64,000 nt of DNA from Chthonomonas calidirosea (GCA_945859975.1 CAMAPH010000001.1:1-64000), one strand, 5' to 3'. Numbered from the stretch's first letter, positions 17,707 to 31,148 are shown. Notes: a model not told the origin generated them from the sequence alone. Translations and numbers: made by a program.

Positions 17707-19385
17707 CGAATCTCCCGTTTCTCGTCCACGTTCCCGTGAAGGCGAGCAGATGAAATTAGTCTTTCGGATCCCGCTCGGATGTATTGGCCCTGCATTGGAT
17801 CTTCAAGGGCAACTCGGATCGTCACTTCTTCGGGCTTGTCCTTCCACGATGGTCGTTTCGTGGCTTCGCTGATCGCCATCAGTCGCGTCGCCTGCGTACT
17901 AGCTTCCATCGGACCAAAGAATAGGTTCGGATACAACCCGCCAACGAACACAAAGAAGACTAGGACAAAAGCGGGCAGCGCTTTGCTGACCGGAATATCC
18001 TGCCAGTCTGGCCCTTCCGTAACCTTCACCGGTCCGTAGAAGACTTTCTGGAACATCACGAAGAGATACACCGCACCGAGAACCACGCCTAAACCGCTGG
18101 CAATCGCGAAGCCGGGGGAAAGTCCGAAGAGACCCCGCGCGCCGGTTTCATAGGCGCCCATCAAGGCGAGGAACTCACCGATGAATCCGTTCGTTGTCGG
18201 AAGACCAACGCTTCCGAGCATGCCGAGCAGGAATAGTCCCGCAAAGAGCGGCATCTTGGCCTTTAGGCCGCCGAAGGCATTCATGTCCGCCGTTCCGTGC
18301 TTCTCGACGAGATATCCGACCAGAATCACAAGCAAGCCAGTGGTGATTCCATGGCTGAATTGCTGGAACGAGCCGCCAATCATGCCCTTGTAGGAAAGGC
18401 TGAAGATCCCAAGCAGAACAAACCCCATGTGCGAAAGCGAAGAGTAAGCGATCATCCGCCGCATGTCAGTTTGCGCAATTGCGACCAACGCGCCGTAAAG
18501 AATGCCGATGGTGGCGATCGCCATAAACACCGGTGCTTGGGACTGGACGGCTTCTGGGAAGAGCGGTAGGCAGAACCGTAGGAATCCGTAGCTTCCCATC
18601 TTCACCATCACGCTCGACAGAATTGGACCGGCAGTCGGCGATTCAGCGTATGTGTCCCCGATCCACGAGTGGAACGGGAAGGCTGGGGTTTTGACCATGA
18701 ACCCAAGCGCTAGTGCCCAGAAGATAAAGGTCTGGGCCTGAAGGGCGTTCGCCCAAAACTTTCCGCTAGCGACCGAAGTTTGAATGTTGATGATGCTGAA
18801 GTCGAGCTGTCCGGTGACCTTCTGGTGTTGAATAGCCAGGGCAACGATGCCAACCAGCATAAAGATCGAACCGGCGAAGGTGTAGACGACGAACTTCGCT
18901 GCCGCCTTGTTTCTATTCGGTCCGCCCCAAAGGCTGACCAAGAAGAACATTGGGATCAACGTGAGTTCGAAGAAGCTGAAGAACAGAACGAGGTCCAGCG
19001 CGCAGAACGAGCCAAGCATCGCCGTTTCGAGAAGCAGCACCAGCCCAAAGAATCCACGAAGGTTCTTCGTGGTGTCCGGGGTTGCCACCACGATGATCAA
19101 CGTCATTAGCGTGGTGAGCACGGTGAGCCAGAACGAGATGCCGTCGTACCCAACCAAGTAGCGAATGCCCAGATTTTCGATCCAAGAAACTGATTCGACC
19201 GCTTGGAACAAGTAGGTTCCAGAATTGGATTTGCTCAGAACCGCGAGGTTAAGACCAAGCGCGACCGTGGTGAAAAGGACTGCGATGCTCTTGATGTCCT
19301 TCTCCTTCTTCACGAAGCCGAGGAGTTGCAGAAGCAAAGCGCCGATAGCCGGGAACCAGATGAGAGCGCTTAAAGGGACGTTCAT
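17703..19385 (-). CDS. nuoM: NADH-quinone oxidoreductase subunit M
   Basis: FFELTLIPMF, KTPAFPFHSW, KMGSYGFLRF, GLPTTNGFIGEF. Confidence 0.95.
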   Translation of the reverse strand: MNVPLSALIWFPAIGALLLQLLGFVKKEKDIKSIAVLFTTVALGLNLAVLSKSNSGTYLFQAVESVSWIENLGIRYLVGYDGISFWLTVLTTLMTLIIVVATPDTTKNLRGFFGLVLLLETAMLGSFCALDLVLFFSFFELTLIPMFFLVSLWGGPNRNKAAAKFVVYTFAGSIFMLVGIVALAIQHQKVTGQLDFSIINIQTSVASGKFWANALQAQTFIFWALALGFMVKTPAFPFHSWIGDTYAESPTAGPILSSVMVKMGSYGFLRFCLPLFPEAVQSQAPVFMAIATIGILYGALVAIAQTDMRRMIAYSSLSHMGFVLLGIFSLSYKGMIGGSFQQFSHGITTGLLVILVGYLVEKHGTADMNAFGGLKAKMPLFAGLFLLGMLGSVGLPTTNGFIGEFLALMGAYETGARGLFGLSPGFAIASGLGVVLGAVYLFVMFQKVFYGPVKVTEGPDWQDIPVSKALPAFVLVFFVFVGGLYPNLFFGPMEASTQATRLMAISEATKRPSWKDKPEEVTIRVALEDPMQGQYIRAGSERLISSARLHGNVDEKREIR

Positions 19386-21409
19386 TTTCCACCTCGATTC
19401 ACGACGAACAGGAAGTAGCCCACAAAGCCAACTCCACCCAGCAGCATCAGCATCGCGTAAAGTCGAACCGCACCGGTCTGAATCTGTTGGAGCCAGCCGC
19501 CAAAGTTTCGCGTTCCCGATGCTGATCCTTCGACCGCTCCGTCGATGACCTGGTCCTCAAGGAATGCACTGGTTCCGATGGCAACGTCTCGTCCGCCTTC
19601 GGCGAAAAGATTTGTTAGGAGGGCATCAAAGCCGAACTGGTTTGCCGCAGAGCGACGCCATCGAGCCCACTTCGTTTCGTCCAAACCTTCTTTTGCGGGC
19701 AGCCCACCGATGTAAACCAACACGCCAGCGAAGAGGCCAAGGCCCGCCGCAATGTAGCTGTAGATTTCCAAATTCGGCACCTCGTGCTTCAGCTCGCCGA
19801 GCTGCGAAAGTCCGGATGGATAAAGCCAATGCTCAAATCGCTTCCCTTGATTGAGGATGAAGCCTGCTCCCGCGCTGAGCAATGCTAAAACGACCAACGG
19901 TAGCCACATGGCGACGGGAACTTCCTTTGGCTTGTGGTCTCCGGTCAAAGCGTGGCTATGATCGTCATCGTGCCCATCCTCGTGATCGTGATGGTCTGCA
20001 ACCGGTAGCTTTCGCCAACGCTCCTCCTTTCCGAAGAACGTCAGCATGGCAAGGCGGCCCATGTACATCGCGGTCAAAGCTGCGACACCAAGCCCGACCC
20101 AGCCGGAAATCGCGCTCAACTGCCCCGCGTGCGAGTTTGCAATCGCGGATCCAAGGATGGCTTCTTTACTGTAGTAGCCCGAAAGACCGGGCACGCCCGC
20201 AATTGCGAGAGTTCCAATCATCATCGTTGCGAAAGTGATCGGCAAGTACTTTGCGAGCTTGCCGTAGTGCCGCATGTCCTGCTCGTGCGACATCGCGTGG
20301 ATAACTGCGCCAGCGCCCAAGAACAGAAGAGCTTTGAAGAACGCGTGGGTAGTGACGTGGAACATGCCCGCCCAGTAAGCGCCGGCTCCGCAGGCAATGA
20401 ACATGAAGCCGAGCTGCGAAACCGTCGAATAGGCCAGAACCTTCTTGATGTCCGTCTGACCGAAGGCGATGATCGCCGCGAACAGTGCCGTGAATGCTCC
20501 GACGGCGCAAACAATTGCGCTCGCCGTTGGAGAGAGTTGGAACACGATGTTCATCCGGTTCAGAAGAACGACCCCGGAGGTGACCATCGTGGCCGCGTGG
20601 ATGAGGGCAGAAACGGGGGTTGGACCGGCCATTGCATCAGGCAGCCAAACGTAGAGCGGGAACTGAGCCGACTTTCCAGCCGCGCCGCCAAAGAGGAGCA
20701 GCGCGATCGCCGTCGCCATTGCTGGATTCGCCTTGAGCGCCGTTGTCAGGGCCGGAAGCATCGCGTCGTAGCTCAGGTAGCGATTGTCCTCCACCGGAAT
20801 GTTCGCTCCGCTGATTACAACAACGATCAGGAACAGACCCAGCATCAACGACCAGTCGCCAACTCGGTTAACGATGAACGCCTTGTTCGCGGCCTTTGTA
20901 TTTGTGGTGTCGGTGTACCAAAAGCCGATCAAAAGGTAGGAGCAGAGGCCAACGCCTTCCCAACCGATGAAGAGAAGCGGCAGGTTGTTTCCGAGAACGA
21001 GAACCAACATCGCCGCAACGAACAGGTTCAAGTAGGCAAAGAAGCGGGAGAAATCTTTGTCTTCCGCCATGTAAGCGGTCGAATAGAGATGGATTAGCGC
21101 TCCAACTCCTGTGATGATCAGCACCATCGTCATCGAAAGCGGATCGACCACCCATTCGAATGGGATGTTGAGCCCCATGATGTTGATCCAACTTCCACCG
21201 GTGACGATCACCGCCTCGGCGTGCTCCTGGCTCGCCAGTCCTTGAGTCAGCATTAAGCCGAGAACGAAAGAAGCTGCGATCGGCAGGACGGCCAAGACGC
21301 CCAGTGCCTTCTTGCCGATCCTTTTTTGAAGCGAAGGGCCAGCGAGGCCTTGGATGAGGAACCCAAGCACCGGAAGCAAAATGATGAGCCAGACTGCGTT
21401 ATTATCCAT
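19382..21409 (-). CDS. nuoL: NADH-quinone oxidoreductase subunit L
   Basis: GKSAQFPLYVWLPDAMAGPTPVSALIHAATMV, KKVLAYSTVSQLG, HAFFKALLFL. Confidence 0.97.
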   Translation of the reverse strand: MDNNAVWLIILLPVLGFLIQGLAGPSLQKRIGKKALGVLAVLPIAASFVLGLMLTQGLASQEHAEAVIVTGGSWINIMGLNIPFEWVVDPLSMTMVLIITGVGALIHLYSTAYMAEDKDFSRFFAYLNLFVAAMLVLVLGNNLPLLFIGWEGVGLCSYLLIGFWYTDTTNTKAANKAFIVNRVGDWSLMLGLFLIVVVISGANIPVEDNRYLSYDAMLPALTTALKANPAMATAIALLLFGGAAGKSAQFPLYVWLPDAMAGPTPVSALIHAATMVTSGVVLLNRMNIVFQLSPTASAIVCAVGAFTALFAAIIAFGQTDIKKVLAYSTVSQLGFMFIACGAGAYWAGMFHVTTHAFFKALLFLGAGAVIHAMSHEQDMRHYGKLAKYLPITFATMMIGTLAIAGVPGLSGYYSKEAILGSAIANSHAGQLSAISGWVGLGVAALTAMYMGRLAMLTFFGKEERWRKLPVADHHDHEDGHDDDHSHALTGDHKPKEVPVAMWLPLVVLALLSAGAGFILNQGKRFEHWLYPSGLSQLGELKHEVPNLEIYSYIAAGLGLFAGVLVYIGGLPAKEGLDETKWARWRRSAANQFGFDALLTNLFAEGGRDVAIGTSAFLEDQVIDGAVEGSASGTRNFGGWLQQIQTGAVRLYAMLMLLGGVGFVGYFLFVVNRGGK

Positions 21410-21760
21410 TTAGCCCTTCAGCAAGTTCATCTCATCGATGTCGATGTTGTCACGTAGTCGGAAGATCGCCATGATGATTCCGAGTCCGACCGCGACTTCC
21501 GCGGCCGCAACCGCCATAACGAAGATCACCATCATCTGGCCTGCCATCGCGCTCTGTCCTTCTTTGAAGCTGTTCCCGGCAACCATGGGAGAAAACTGGT
21601 AGCGAGCAAAAGCGAGGAAGGTGAGGTTGACCGCATTCAGCATCAACTCAATGCACATGAAAATCACGATGGGACTTCGGCGGATAACCACGCCAACAAC
21701 TCCAGTCATGAACATGAACAGTCCAAGCGCCAGATAGGCGGCGAGTGGTACTCCGCTCAT
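21410..21760 (-). CDS. nuoK: NADH-quinone oxidoreductase subunit K
   Basis: [20 protein letters not shown]. Confidence 0.96.
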   Translation of the reverse strand: MSGVPLAAYLALGLFMFMTGVVGVVIRRSPIVIFMCIELMLNAVNLTFLAFARYQFSPMVAGNSFKEGQSAMAGQMMVIFVMAVAAAEVAVGLGIIMAIFRLRDNIDIDEMNLLKG

Positions 21761-21812
21761 TTCTTGCCGCCTTCAACAAATGTTGTGTGTCGCATAAGAA
21801 TCAACAAATCTC

Positions 21813-22367
21813 CTAAAAGCGGCGCTTGGCCAGCAGAATTGAACCGACGATGCCGATGAGTAGCAAAATGCTGACCGCTTCGAACGGGATGACAAACCCG
21901 GTGAATAGCGCACGGCCGACGTTGACAGGTGAACCGTAGCCATCAACCGCTCCAGGTTCCGTCTTCGACATCAAGCCAGGAAGCACCTGAAGCGCCACCA
22001 AGGTGAACATCACCATTCCGAGCGTCATGCCGACGGCAGTTTTCGGATCGTTCTTATCCTGAAGCAAGGCCGGAGCACTTAGGTTCAGCAGCATGATCAC
22101 GAAGAGGAACAAAACCATGATCGCGCCGGTGTAAACAACCACCTGCGTGATGCCCATCATTTCGGCGTTGAGCGTGAAATAGATTCCGGCCAGAACGAAG
22201 AAGTTCAGAACCAGGCAGAGCGCGCTGCGCACCGCATTGTTGAACGCGACAACACCCACGGCGGAGAGCATCGCAAGCCCGGCGAGAGCCGCAAAGAACG
22301 GCAGTTCGCCGGTGATTGCAAATCCGGCCATTTTGGGGGCTGCGGCCGCAGCAAACAGATTAAGCAA
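21813..22367 (-). CDS. nuoJ: NADH-quinone oxidoreductase subunit J
   Basis: QVVVYTGAIMVLFLFVIMLL, PFEAVSILLL; start may instead be ATG 22331. Confidence 0.95.
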   Translation of the reverse strand: MLNLFAAAAAPKMAGFAITGELPFFAALAGLAMLSAVGVVAFNNAVRSALCLVLNFFVLAGIYFTLNAEMMGITQVVVYTGAIMVLFLFVIMLLNLSAPALLQDKNDPKTAVGMTLGMVMFTLVALQVLPGLMSKTEPGAVDGYGSPVNVGRALFTGFVIPFEAVSILLLIGIVGSILLAKRRF

Positions 22368-23700
22368 CTGCTGCCTCCGGCGCTTCCGGCTTCTCGGCTG
22401 GTTTCACTTCGACCATCGAAATTTCACGGTTTGGCAAGAAGTTTTCCTTCGCGGGCTCCAGCCGGGTCACGGCGCGGAAGATAATCCAGAGCGCAGCGAA
22501 TGTACAAACCGAAAGAGCGAGCGCTGGTCCAGGACCGGCAACCTCTTGGAGCAATAGCCAAGTCGCTACAACGATCAGGTTAACCGTAGCAATCGGCAAA
22601 AGAGTCTTCCAACCGAGCGACATCAACTGGTCGTAGCGCAGTCGCGGCATCGTCGCCCGGAGCCAAACGAATCCGAAGATGATGATCCAGACCTTCAGCA
22701 AGAACCAAGCCGGCGCCATCCAGAAGTCCGCCCACTGGAAGTAGCTAACAACGCCGGAAAGCATCGGCTGCGATTCCGCGATGTAATCCCATCGGACCGG
22801 AATCGGCATGTGCCAGCCGCCCAAGAAGACGGTGGCGAAGATTCCGCCATAGACCGCCATTGCGGCGTACTCACCCATGAAGAAGACCGCGAACTTCATC
22901 GAGCTGTATTCGGTGTGATAGCCCGCGACTAGTTCGTTTTCTGCTTCTGGCAGGTCAAAAGGTGCTCGATTCGTTTCGGCGACCATACAGATCGCGAAAA
23001 CGACCGCGGCAATTGCGCCGTGCGGAGTCAGGATGTTCCAGTTCGATACTGCCGGAACCACTCCCCAAAGCGGGCCTTCCTGCGCGGTCACCATGTCGGT
23101 GAGCTTCAAGGAGCCAGTGGAAAGCGCGATGCAAGCGAGCGAAACGCCCATGCCGAGTTCGTAGCTGATCAGCTGAGCGGAAGATCGCAGACCGCCGAGC
23201 AACGAATACTTGTTATTGGAAGCGTAACCGCTCAGAACGACGCCGTAGACGCCAAGCGAGCTGATCGCCATGATCCAAAGAACGCCAATGTTTACGTCGG
23301 CTACGGGCGTCAGACCTTTGAACGGTCCCCAAGGCAAGGTCGCTCCAAGGGCAAAGGCTGGAAACAGGGCCAAAGCCGGCGCCAAGAAATAGATGACCTT
23401 GTCAACAGAGCTTGGCGTGATGTCTTCCTTCAAGAAGAGCTTGATGCCATCAGCAATCGGTTGAATAAGTCCAAAGAGGCGAATCTTTTTGCCTCGAAGG
23501 AACTCCGGTACCCACTTGTCCTTCTTTTGGAAGGTGATGTTTCCAACTCGGTTTGGACCGATTCGGTCTTGGAACCAGCCCAAAACTCGGCGCTCAAACC
23601 AGATCAGTGCTGGAACCATTGTGAGCAGGGGTCCAACAAAGAGCAAGACGCGAATCAGCGCTTGCCAAACGGGATGGAGGTTGTCGTACCACTCTGCCAT
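22360..23700 (-). CDS. nuoH: NADH-quinone oxidoreductase subunit H
   Basis: QDRIGPNRVG, QPIADGIKLFLKE, AETNRAPFDLPEAE, PRLRYDQLM; start re-called at MAEWYD. Confidence 0.96.
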   Translation of the reverse strand: MAEWYDNLHPVWQALIRVLLFVGPLLTMVPALIWFERRVLGWFQDRIGPNRVGNITFQKKDKWVPEFLRGKKIRLFGLIQPIADGIKLFLKEDITPSSVDKVIYFLAPALALFPAFALGATLPWGPFKGLTPVADVNIGVLWIMAISSLGVYGVVLSGYASNNKYSLLGGLRSSAQLISYELGMGVSLACIALSTGSLKLTDMVTAQEGPLWGVVPAVSNWNILTPHGAIAAVVFAICMVAETNRAPFDLPEAENELVAGYHTEYSSMKFAVFFMGEYAAMAVYGGIFATVFLGGWHMPIPVRWDYIAESQPMLSGVVSYFQWADFWMAPAWFLLKVWIIIFGFVWLRATMPRLRYDQLMSLGWKTLLPIATVNLIVVATWLLLQEVAGPGPALALSVCTFAALWIIFRAVTRLEPAKENFLPNREISMVEVKPAEKPEAPEAAVA

Positions 23701-23751
23701 AGGCCGAATCGAATGTACCTGAGCGTAGGTCCTTTGGTTGGCGTAAGGCGG

Positions 23752-23795
23752 ACAAAGAACGACGGCTGGCTCCAAAAAAGGAGCCAGCCGTCGTT
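23752..23795 (-). terminator. Intrinsic terminator after pnp
   Basis: 16-bp perfect inverted repeat 23758-23773/23780-23795. Confidence 0.8.
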
Positions 23796-23811
23796 TTGCT
23801 TCAGCTTAGAA

Positions 23812-26043
23812 TCAGCGTCGGCCGCGGAATCGGTCTCCGCCGCCACCGCCACCACGTCGATCTCCACCGCCGCCACCGCGTCGGTCTCGATCTCCGCCCT
23901 GCGGCTTCTGAACTGCGTTTGGATCTGCATCCTCGTTGTCATCCAACGTTGGAAGCGTCTGCGCCAAGCCAAGCGCCGTAAAGTTAGTTCGGCCCATGCC
24001 GTCCACTTCGTGGACCTTGACGTTCAGTTCGTCGCCGATGTTGACCACATCTTCGATTCGGCTGATCTGCTTGGTCGTGAGGTGCTCCTTCGGCACCATG
24101 CCTTCCTTACCTGGGATGAACTCGATGAACACGCCGCGTCCGATGATTCGGGTGACAGTTCCTCGGAATTCCGTGCCGACCGCGATTTCGTCGGTCAGTG
24201 CGCGAATCATGGCGATTGCATCGCGAACCTGCGTTCCGCCGCTTCCGCCAACCAGAACTCGTCCGTCCTGCTGAACATCCACGCTGGCACCAGAGGTTGC
24301 AACGATCTTCTTGATCGTCGCGCCGCCAGGTCCGATCAACGCGCCGATCTTCTCGGTGCTGATCTGGATCGTGGTGACCTGAGGAGCAGTGTCGCCGACG
24401 GTTGCTCGAGGAGCCGAGATTTCGGCTTCGATCACGTCAAGGATTTCGAAACGAGCGTCCTTTGCCTGTTTCAGCGCCTGCGCCAAAACATCGTCTGGAA
24501 TTCCGTCCAGCTTGGTGTCGAGCTGCAATGCTGTGATTCCGTCTCGGGTACCAGCGACCTTGAAGTCCATGTCGCCGCAGAAGTCTTCCATGCCCTGAAT
24601 GTCGGTAAGGACCTTAAAGACCTTGCCGTCGGACATCAAGCCCATCGCGATGCCAGCAACTGGTGCCTTGATCTGGATGCCTGCATCCATCAGAGCGAGG
24701 GTCGATCCGCAAACCGATGCCATCGAAGTCGAACCGTTCGATTCAAGAACTTCGGAGATCAGCAACAGGGTGTATGGGAACTCGGGGTCTTCGATTGGAA
24801 CGACCGATCGAAGCGCTCGCTCTGCCAATGCGCCGTGTCCGATTTCTCGTCGACCAGGTCCGCGCATAGGTCGAACTTCGCCGACCGAGTAGGCCGGGAA
24901 GTTATAGAAGTGCATGTAGCGCTTCGGACCTTCGTCCTCAAGTCCGTCCATCGTCTGCGCGTCGCCCGGCAAGCCGAGAGTGCAGATTGTCATAACCTGA
25001 GTCTGGCCGCGGGTGAACAGGCCTGAGCCGTGTACTCGCGGCAAGATGCCTGCGACGGCTTCGAGCGGTCGGATTTCGTCAAGCTTTCGTCCGTCTGGTC
25101 GGCTGTCCTTCTTGATGATCAGCTCTCGAACGACACCCTTAACCACGCCATCAGCGGCTTCGAAAAGCTGCTTCTGAAGGTCTGGCTCGTTCTCGTACTC
25201 CGGCTTCAGCTTAGCGACGATGTCCTTGATGATTTCATCGAGGGCGCTTTCTCGCATGGCCTTGTCCTTCGATCCCAATAGGGCCTTCTGGATGTCCTTG
25301 CCAAACTTCTTATCGATCGCCTTCTTCAGACCTTCGTCAATCGTGTGAAGGTTGACTTCGCGCTTAGGCTTTCCGGCCGTCTTCGCGAATGCTGCGATTT
25401 CTGCGCAGATGACCTTGATCGCGTCGTGCGCAAACTTCAGCGCAACGATCATGTCTTCTTCAGTTACTTCGGTGGCACCGGCTTCGACCATCGAAATGGC
25501 GCCTTCGTGACCGGCAACTACGAGGTCAAGATCGCCAGCCTGAATTTCGGCTTGGCTTGGGAAGAGGATCAGTTCGCCATCAACTCGGCCAACTCGAACT
25601 CCCGCAACTGGATACTTGAACGGAATGTCGCTGACAGCAAGCGCTGCACCAGCAGCGGTGATCGCGAGCACGTCAGGTGGATTCTCTTGGTCAACCGAGA
25701 AAGGCATAGCGATGACTTGAACGTCATTTCGCAGTCCCTTCGGGAAGAGCGGTCGAAGCGGTCGGTCGATGAGTCGGCTGACCAAAACGGCCTTTTCGGA
25801 AGGTCGTCCGCCGCGCTTCATGAAGCCGCCGGGGATCTTTCCGACGGAGTACTTTCGCTCTTCGTAGTCGCAAACGAGCGGCAAGAAGTCTAGGTCGCGG
25901 GGGTTTTCGGACATCGTTGCGACGCCCAGGACGACGGTTTCGCCCATGCCGAGGAGAATGGAGCCGCCAGCTTGCTTAGCAACGCGCCCCGTCTCGAGGG
26001 AGAGCGACTTTCCGCCCACCTCAAATTCGTGGTTGTGAATCAT
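23812..26043 (-). CDS. pnp: Polyribonucleotide nucleotidyltransferase (PNPase)
   Basis: Two RNase PH domains (RREIGHGALAERAL, SNGSTSMAS, GDMDFKVAG), KH and S1 domains, Gly/Arg-rich tail; start at MIHNHEF. Confidence 0.98.
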   Translation of the reverse strand: MIHNHEFEVGGKSLSLETGRVAKQAGGSILLGMGETVVLGVATMSENPRDLDFLPLVCDYEERKYSVGKIPGGFMKRGGRPSEKAVLVSRLIDRPLRPLFPKGLRNDVQVIAMPFSVDQENPPDVLAITAAGAALAVSDIPFKYPVAGVRVGRVDGELILFPSQAEIQAGDLDLVVAGHEGAISMVEAGATEVTEEDMIVALKFAHDAIKVICAEIAAFAKTAGKPKREVNLHTIDEGLKKAIDKKFGKDIQKALLGSKDKAMRESALDEIIKDIVAKLKPEYENEPDLQKQLFEAADGVVKGVVRELIIKKDSRPDGRKLDEIRPLEAVAGILPRVHGSGLFTRGQTQVMTICTLGLPGDAQTMDGLEDEGPKRYMHFYNFPAYSVGEVRPMRGPGRREIGHGALAERALRSVVPIEDPEFPYTLLLISEVLESNGSTSMASVCGSTLALMDAGIQIKAPVAGIAMGLMSDGKVFKVLTDIQGMEDFCGDMDFKVAGTRDGITALQLDTKLDGIPDDVLAQALKQAKDARFEILDVIEAEISAPRATVGDTAPQVTTIQISTEKIGALIGPGGATIKKIVATSGASVDVQQDGRVLVGGSGGTQVRDAIAMIRALTDEIAVGTEFRGTVTRIIGRGVFIEFIPGKEGMVPKEHLTTKQISRIEDVVNIGDELNVKVHEVDGMGRTNFTALGLAQTLPTLDDNEDADPNAVQKPQGGDRDRRGGGGGDRRGGGGGGDRFRGRR

Positions 26044-26170
26044 TTTTCGGTCTCTTGCGCCGCACAAAACCGCGCCGCAGTGCGCAACCCAACGGTGCTG
26101 ACCGCTCAATGCCGAGTTCCGCAGAACCAAGCAGTCAACGGACAACGGTCCGGGGAGTCACGTACCGGCA

Positions 26171-26179
26171 GTATAGCAG
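26171..26179 (-). promoter_or_regulatory. Extended -10 promoter for pnp
   Basis: TGCTATACT on the minus strand, ~130 nt upstream of the pnp ATG and downstream of the rpsO terminator. Confidence 0.55.
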
Positions 26180-26254
26180 ACGAAAACCGTCAGTCCGGGC
26201 ACAATCAACGTTCTGGCGCACGGCAGGTCCGGAACGGTTCCCCGGTCCAAACGC

Positions 26255-26299
26255 AAAAAGGGCTCATCCAATGCGACTGAGCGCACGGGACAAGCCCTG
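26255..26299 (-). terminator. Intrinsic terminator after rpsO
   Basis: Minus strand AGGGCTTGTCC...GGATGAGCCC followed by TTTTT. Confidence 0.7.
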
Positions 26300-26311
26300 A
26301 TCAAAATGAAA

Positions 26312-26593
26312 TTATCGCGGCTTGACTTCGCGGATTCCGAGCTTCTTGATGAGTTCTCGGTACTTCACGACGTCCTTGTTTCGCAGATAAGCTTCGAGTC
26401 GTCGTCGCTTTCCAACGAGAAGAAGCAGACCGCGTCGACCGTGGTTGTCCTTCTTGTGCGTTCGCAAGTGGTCCGTAATCTGTGCGATTCGGGCCTGCAT
26501 GACCGCAATCTGGACCTCGGTGGAACCGGTGTCGCCTTCTTTCGTCGCGTAATTCGCGATCGTGCTCGATTTCAATTCTGGATTCAACGGCAT
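26312..26593 (-). CDS. rpsO: 30S ribosomal protein S15
   Basis: [31 protein letters not shown]; upstream of pnp. Confidence 0.98.
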   Translation of the reverse strand: MPLNPELKSSTIANYATKEGDTGSTEVQIAVMQARIAQITDHLRTHKKDNHGRRGLLLLVGKRRRLEAYLRNKDVVKYRELIKKLGIREVKPR

Positions 26594-26774
26594 CTGTGAA
26601 GTGTTAGCCTCTGGGTTCTTCGGCCAAGGTCCAGTTTCCGCTCATTACATCGCCCTAGAAAAGGACATTACAATCAACGGGCAACCAGACGCGCTAGGCC
26701 CAAGCGCATATAGTACCAGACACTTCCCGGGCATTTTCAACGGTTTCGCAAGGTTTCGCCCGTATACTTTGGAT

Positions 26775-27141
26775 ATGTGGGAAAAATCGATCGAGGAGCT
26801 ACTTGATACGATACAGCCTTGGCTTGAACGTGCAGGGCTGAAGTTTGTCCGTTCTGAAGGCCCAATCCTCGCCGGAGAAATTTGTGCGCGAGCGGTTTCT
26901 GCGACCACCGAAGTGCTCTTCGAACCAGCCGAATTTACGGCCAACAAGACACCTACGATTGTTCATCTCTACGGTATTCCGTATCTTCGACAAGTTTTCC
27001 TGGTTGGACCGGTAGCCGGCGTTTGGGAGGTTACAACCACGTCTCACGTTCCTTTTCGAATGAAATGGAATGAATCAGAATTCCTGGCCCTGATTTCCGA
27101 CATCCTCACTGAACCCGTTTCAAAGCGCATTCCAGCGACTA

Positions 27142-27152
<11 letters not shown>
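26775..27152 (+). CDS. Hypothetical protein (possibly the 5' part of a frameshifted gene ending at 27522)
   Basis: ATG 6 nt after TATACT; ORF ends where an overlapping +1 frame is already open. Confidence 0.55.
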
Positions 27153-30067
<2,915 letters not shown>

Positions 30068-30136
30068 GGTGCTTTCGAGAGCGACGCTGCTCCGCTCAGA
30101 AAGTACCCGTTCATCTACCGGCTATAGTTTTGGCAT

Positions 30137-31111
30137 ATGCAGATCGCCGTTCTGGGTTCCGGAAGTTGGGGAACCGCGCTTTCGATCCTGCTTGCTCGCA
30201 ATGGGCATCAGGTTCAACTGCTCGGAAGGAACCAAGCCGAAATTGTTGAAATGCAGTCTCACCGAGAAAATCGGCACTACTTGCCGGGCTTCCAGTTCCC
30301 CAGCAATCTCGTTTGTCTCTCGCTGCAAGAGGGCATTCCACAAGCCGAAATGGCGGTCATCGCCGTTCCCTCCGATGCTGTGCGCGAAATGGCGCGAGAG
30401 ATTCCGCCGGAGACTCGGCTCGTTGTTGTGGCCGCAAAGGGCCTTGAGGCAGGATCAGCCAAGTTACTCGTCGACGTTGTAGCCGAGGAGCGCTCCGGGA
30501 GCGAACTATCCGTCTTGAGCGGTCCTAATCTCGCCGTCGAGATCGCGCGACAAATTCCAACCGTCGCGGTCGCCGCGAGCAAAGGTGCAACGAGCGCGGG
30601 CGAAGTTGCATCTGCGTTTCTCACGCCCATGTTTCGCGTATCGCCATCTGCCGATGTCATTGGGGTGGAAATTGCTGGCGCACTAAAAAACGTGCTCGCC
30701 ATCGGCGCCGGAATGTCAGACGGCCTCGGCTACGGGGACAACACCAAAGGCGCCTTCCTTTCCCGTGGACTAGTGGATCTCGCCAAACTTGGCGTTGCCA
30801 TGGGCGGAAAGATGGAGACCTTCCTTGGGCCAGCCGGAGTTGGAGACCTCTTCGCCACGGCGGTGAGTCGCCTCTCCCGAAATTACCGATTCGGTCGATC
30901 CATCGGAGAAGGAAAACTGTTCGCGGACGCCCTCGCGGAAATTGGGCAAGTCGTCGAGGGAATTTCTTCTTGCGAGTCGGCCATCGTTCTGGGAGATCGG
31001 CACGGTCTTGAACTTCCCGTGCTCCGAACCATCCACCAAGTCATGCATCACCACATGACTCCAAGCGAGGCCGTCGGTCAGCTTATGGCCCGCCCGGTCC
31101 GTTCGGTTTAG
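30137..31111 (+). CDS. gpsA: NAD(P)H-dependent glycerol-3-phosphate dehydrogenase
   Basis: GSGSWGTAL, SGPNLAVE, GALKNVLAI, GDLFAT..SRLSRN. Confidence 0.96.
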   Translation: MQIAVLGSGSWGTALSILLARNGHQVQLLGRNQAEIVEMQSHRENRHYLPGFQFPSNLVCLSLQEGIPQAEMAVIAVPSDAVREMAREIPPETRLVVVAAKGLEAGSAKLLVDVVAEERSGSELSVLSGPNLAVEIARQIPTVAVAASKGATSAGEVASAFLTPMFRVSPSADVIGVEIAGALKNVLAIGAGMSDGLGYGDNTKGAFLSRGLVDLAKLGVAMGGKMETFLGPAGVGDLFATAVSRLSRNYRFGRSIGEGKLFADALAEIGQVVEGISSCESAIVLGDRHGLELPVLRTIHQVMHHHMTPSEAVGQLMARPVRSV

Positions 31112-31118
31112 ACAAGAC

Positions 31119-31148
31119 GCGGGGGTTGAATCTCTGTTCAACCCCCGC
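31119..31148. terminator. Hairpin between convergent transcripts
   Basis: 12-bp perfect stem GCGGGGGTTGAA/TTCAACCCCCGC. Confidence 0.7.

Noticed and set aside
23812..23905. GGC/GGT-rich repeat at the 3' end of pnp
   Set aside because: Encodes the common Gly/Arg/Asp-rich disordered PNPase tail
23020..25026. 668-aa plus-strand ORF and many other long antisense ORFs
   Set aside because: Shadow frames opposite well-conserved genes (pnp, nuoH and others), expected in GC-rich DNA
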